Shown here: in pieces, positions 60,443 through 64,000 of the stretch
Position numbering within the stretch: the first letter of the stretch is position 1
Layout of the letters: every line of letters starts with the position of its first letter
Source of the DNA: Takakia lepidozioides
Lineage: Eukaryota > Plantae > Bryophyta
Direction: 5' to 3'
Assembly: GCA_030704615.1 (NCBI GenBank)
Contig: CM060731.1
Coordinates: forward strand, 70,246,001-70,310,000
Length of the DNA: 64,000 nucleotides
Translations under genes and position numbers: made by a program
Notes under the pieces: model-generated
What the model saw: the letters and a program-made list of their open reading frames with translations, nothing else
What the model was told of the DNA's origin: nothing
Databases searched by the model: none

Positions 60443-61616
60443 GCTGACAAATTTAAGCGATGTCCAAGAACATGTATATTTGATGCCTAGAATGAGCTAG
60501 CTCTAGAGTACACTGATTCAAGTCACGAGAGGAAAACATCAAAGTCATGTACCAAGGCGATACAAGCTCTGCAGGATGTAGAAATCTAGTTCAATGTGTG
60601 TCCTCGACAGAGAAGCTTGCATTTTTGTGAGTGCTCACTTGAGCTATAAGGTCCACCAGACAAATCCTAGGAGCTGCTGGCTTGTACCAGATCGAGTGCA
60701 GATTTCAGAGAGCCAGGTTACTAGTTCTAGCAGTCACATCAATACACTCAGGCTCTATATACTTCAAGGCAGCTGCTTACAGAGAGCAAATAAAAGCGAA
60801 ATAAAATGAAATCTTCTATGTACCCCTGGAGCGATACAAATTTGTGAACATTCTGGTTATGTGGGTCTAGCTGTATTTTCTGTATATATGTCAGTGACTA
60901 TGTACATAATCCTCAGTCATGCACGCAGATATCAATTGCATATGTGTGCTAATTAATCTTCTTAAATTCGTGCTATCACTGTTGGAATGGCAGGTGGACA
61001 GCTTCTCAAAAAATTGTAGAAAGGGGTAAAAATGTTCAAGAAAGGAAAGTTCTAATTCACATACACGAGGTATGGAAAGTCAGTCACGTAAAACAACCAA
61101 CAAGCGTACTCTAACTGTAGACATTTATCAATGAGCTAGCTGTGTACTATTCAACCCTGGGATCCAGAGATGTCCAAGAATTGTTCCTTGGAAGAATGTG
61201 TGTACATGCGTTCACTGTATTCCAGGGCGGAAGACAATCTTACACGGACAATTTGTAACATATATGACAATCACATGTGTCTCCAATTTTAGCAGCAATC
61301 GCAATTCCTGCCTTTGAGCAGGCGTCAGAATTCGTGGCTATCGAACAGAAAGGCCCGTGGATCCTAGTTCTTGAGATCTCAAGAGCATGGCCCGGCGCAT
61401 GTTGGATGACGGGAGTGTACACATATATATTCGACAACAATACATACAGACGAACTCGTATCTAGACGGGCCAGGTATTTCTCAAAAGTTGGTTGCACCA
61501 ACTTCCGGCCAGAGTGCCTCTCTCTATCTTTTTAAATCTATCTGTATCACAAATCTCTAGCTAGCTCCTTTCCCCTCTCTTGCTCAATGACCTTTCCGCG
61601 GACGTTATAAAGCACC

Positions 61617-61646
61617 ATTTCATTTCATTTCATTTCATTTCATTTC
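61617..61646. repeat. (CATTT)n microsatellite
   Basis: About six CATTT units. Confidence 0.85.
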
Positions 61647-62193
61647 TCTGGCACAGTTGTCTTGGTTGAAGTGCAAGGTGGAGAACGTACATGCATTGGC
61701 CCCGGCATGTTTTTTGGAGTCCCATTAGTTTGCATGTGGACCTCTCTTTCCCCAGATCGTGATGCTGTCCTCCGCCTCAATGTCGATCTTGAAAATTCTT
61801 CTTTGAAGTGAATCATGAATCCACTGTAGGGGCCAGATATCGGACAGTATTGAACAGGTGATCAATTGCAGGGAGTCTTATAGATATATACATGCAGTTC
61901 TTCAAACGATTATTTGTGCCCAGGCCAGGAGTTTGGATTGAAGAGCACGTTATCCTTGCAGTACCTGATCAGTGATCTAGTAGCTCACAATCTCCTAGTG
62001 CTCAGCAATAGTTAGCTGGTACCCAGCAGAGCATCCTTACAAGTGCCAACTGGTGGGCATGTACTGGCAGGAAATCGCTGGCTATCGCACTATCGGACAG
62101 ACCCCTGAGCTGGATATGGAAAACTCCAACAGCTCATGTAGGTTTTCCTTCGAAAACTGATCATGGGATCGTGGTCAGGCAAAAAGGTATAAT

Positions 62194-63371
62194 ATGGAGC
62201 ACTCAGATTTAAATCCCAAGTCAGTTTCCTGGAGAATCTCCAATACCGTCCACGGCCCTGTAGGTGAATCAGGCTGCACACCAAGCAGGCCCCCATGGAA
62301 ACCTGTAGCAGCAGCAAACTTTGGTCCAGACTTTGGGATTCGGCCAGCGCCCACAGATGATTCCAAGGTCCAACCCACTCTACCTACGACTTTCTATCGT
62401 TGTTGGAAACAGCGGCCCACCGCCCAACTGACTGTTGCTCCGCAGTACGTCAGTGTCACTGATCTCTTTGCAGCTCTGCCCCGGCGGCTAAGGAAGCCGA
62501 AGCCCCAACCCGAATACTCTTTCTTGCACCCAACACAGGCAGAGGCGCACAGTGGTGGGACCCCAAAATCAGAGACAGTCCTGCTCAGGTAACAACCTGT
62601 GATGACGAACTGACGTGAGTTTTTCAAGGGTAGCTGTCGAGATGTTAGCTTCACATGATTCTTCGTACCCTTACATCTCTAGAGTAGATCTTGATCATAT
62701 GTTCTCTACTCGACATGCTCATCGAAGTAATTTGAGCTACAGAATTGGAAGTGAAGCTGCGCAGCACTAACTTTACATCAAGATTTAAATCTCTTGCCCT
62801 CTGGGATGTTTTCAGGTCTAGGGAGGTGACCCCAAAGTCAGTGCTCGAGGCTCCCAGGTCTGCGGCCAAGTCTCCGCCATCACCAGCCGGGTCCGTGGCC
62901 AGGTCTGCGGTCATTTCCACACCGTCTGCAACAGGGTCTCTGGCCAACTCTCGAACCTCATCTGCAGGCAGGTCTGTACTCAACTCTCCGCTACCATCTG
63001 CAGGCCGATCTTCGGCTAACTTCCCACCGTCCGCTGCTGAAACTTCAAGGCCGATATCTCTTGCAAACCTGCCTTCAAGAGCTGGTAGCTCGGGCACCAG
63101 TACATCACTACAGGCCACCTCCAGGCCAGACACCTCAAGTTCAGCACAAAGCCAAACGAGGCCTCCACAAACCCCTGGTGATTCAAGTTTGGCACCAGGA
63201 TCGCCCAAGTCTACGATATCTTCCACCACAAGCCACATGAGGGACGACGAGCTTGGCAGCCCAAAGAGTCGGAGCACTATAGCAAAGCACAATACCCCTG
63301 CCCAATTTCCGATCACCACAGATGAATTCACCTCCCGTCCTAGTCACTCGCGCATGGAAAGGAGCACTTGA
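62194..63371 (+). CDS. uncharacterised Ser/Pro-rich protein, paralogue B (~316 aa, 2 coding exons; start uncertain)
   Basis: Exons 62194-62588 and 62816-63371 share the phase-2 intron position and donor (CAG|GTAACA) with paralogue A. LTVAPQYVSVTDLFAALPRR matches LAVPPQYVSATDLYAALPRR, and exon 2 RSREVTPKSVLE matches RSSGGTPRSVLD. Confidence 0.65.
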
Positions 63372-64000
63372 ACGCCGCATGCCTACGGGTTAACAACTGG
63401 CACTGCCACAGACGGGAATGAGAAGGAGTAGGCCGGGCAGGCATGGAGGGACCAAGCAAACGCTGTGTAAAGCAAACCGAGCTCATGTGGTCACTATTAT
63501 TTCGCGCACCTGGTGTTCGGAGGCTGTCTGGAAAGGCGCAATCCCCAACAAGCCGTCCTAGAGCACGAAGAAAGAATCCCTGTCCAGCAATTGATATATG
63601 TGTCCTGTGTACAGCTGATCAGAATGTACATGTATGTGCAAGTCCTTACGTCTCTACAGGTCCTGTACTACTGAGTTACCGCATTTACATATCTGTGTAC
63701 GTAAGAATCGAGCTTGCATGCTTTTTATCTGAGATTGGTGGAACAGAGACAGAGATGGAAGGTGGCATAAGCCCCAGGGATTTACGGCAGTATGTGCTTC
63801 TTGTTTCTGCACTTTTCCCTTCACGCATATGATACTGATCTTCGAGTTGATTACTTCATTCTTTCAAAATTGCTGATTGTGATTTGATTGATACCAGCAC
63901 CACAAGGGCACCAGATAACCAGAATGATGATAATAGAACCTTGAAAAGAAGGCGCCGGTGATCCAAAATCAGAAGATTCTAGATACCAGTCACGGTGAGT

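Noticed and set aside
59848-63331. Long antisense ORFs (59848-60354, 62651-63331)
   Set aside because: They are shadows of Ser/Pro-rich sense exons. The splice sites and paralogue conservation lie on the + strand.
1-64000. Fanzor/TnpB, prophage or bacterial defence systems
   Set aside because: No RuvC-ZnF motifs, operon-like gene clusters or prokaryotic signals were recognised in any frame.

Overview
Eukaryotic nuclear DNA from a land plant, probably a moss or other bryophyte. This is inferred from GT-AG introns, plant-type SCAI and P4H1 genes, PLS-PPR and OSB-type PDF motifs, and a Tcn1-like chromovirus. The gene core holds tRNA-Arg(ACG) (21935-22007, -), a 10-exon SCAI gene (23346-28873, -), a P4H1-like prolyl 4-hydroxylase with one GC-AG intron (32782-40228, -), and two tandem orphan Ser/Pro-rich paralogues (58840-60442 and 62194-63371, +). 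Around these lies a dense set of decayed transposons: an L1 LINE, a tRNA-derived SINE, Copia fragments, solo LTRs, a P-element-like transposase, a Gypsy LTR+gag, hAT, a GCM-type Mutator, a probably self-priming chromovirus and a MITE-like foldback. Four signals stand out. (1) A 5'-truncated non-LTR retrotransposon whose polyprotein carries a chromodomain with an intact-looking aromatic cage, a PCIF1/CAPAM-like adenine-methyltransferase remnant and RNase H (14597-17100). (2) A decayed locus in which three intron-split OSB-type PDF ssDNA-binding motifs are interleaved with PLS-class PPR repeats (49850-53150), partly duplicated at 17.2-19.2 kb. (3) A ~62-bp-periodic array of nine palindromes with unique spacers in front of the Mutator transposase (44105-44635). 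(4) A P-superfamily-like transposase in a land plant. All family assignments come from motif recognition by eye; no database search was run.
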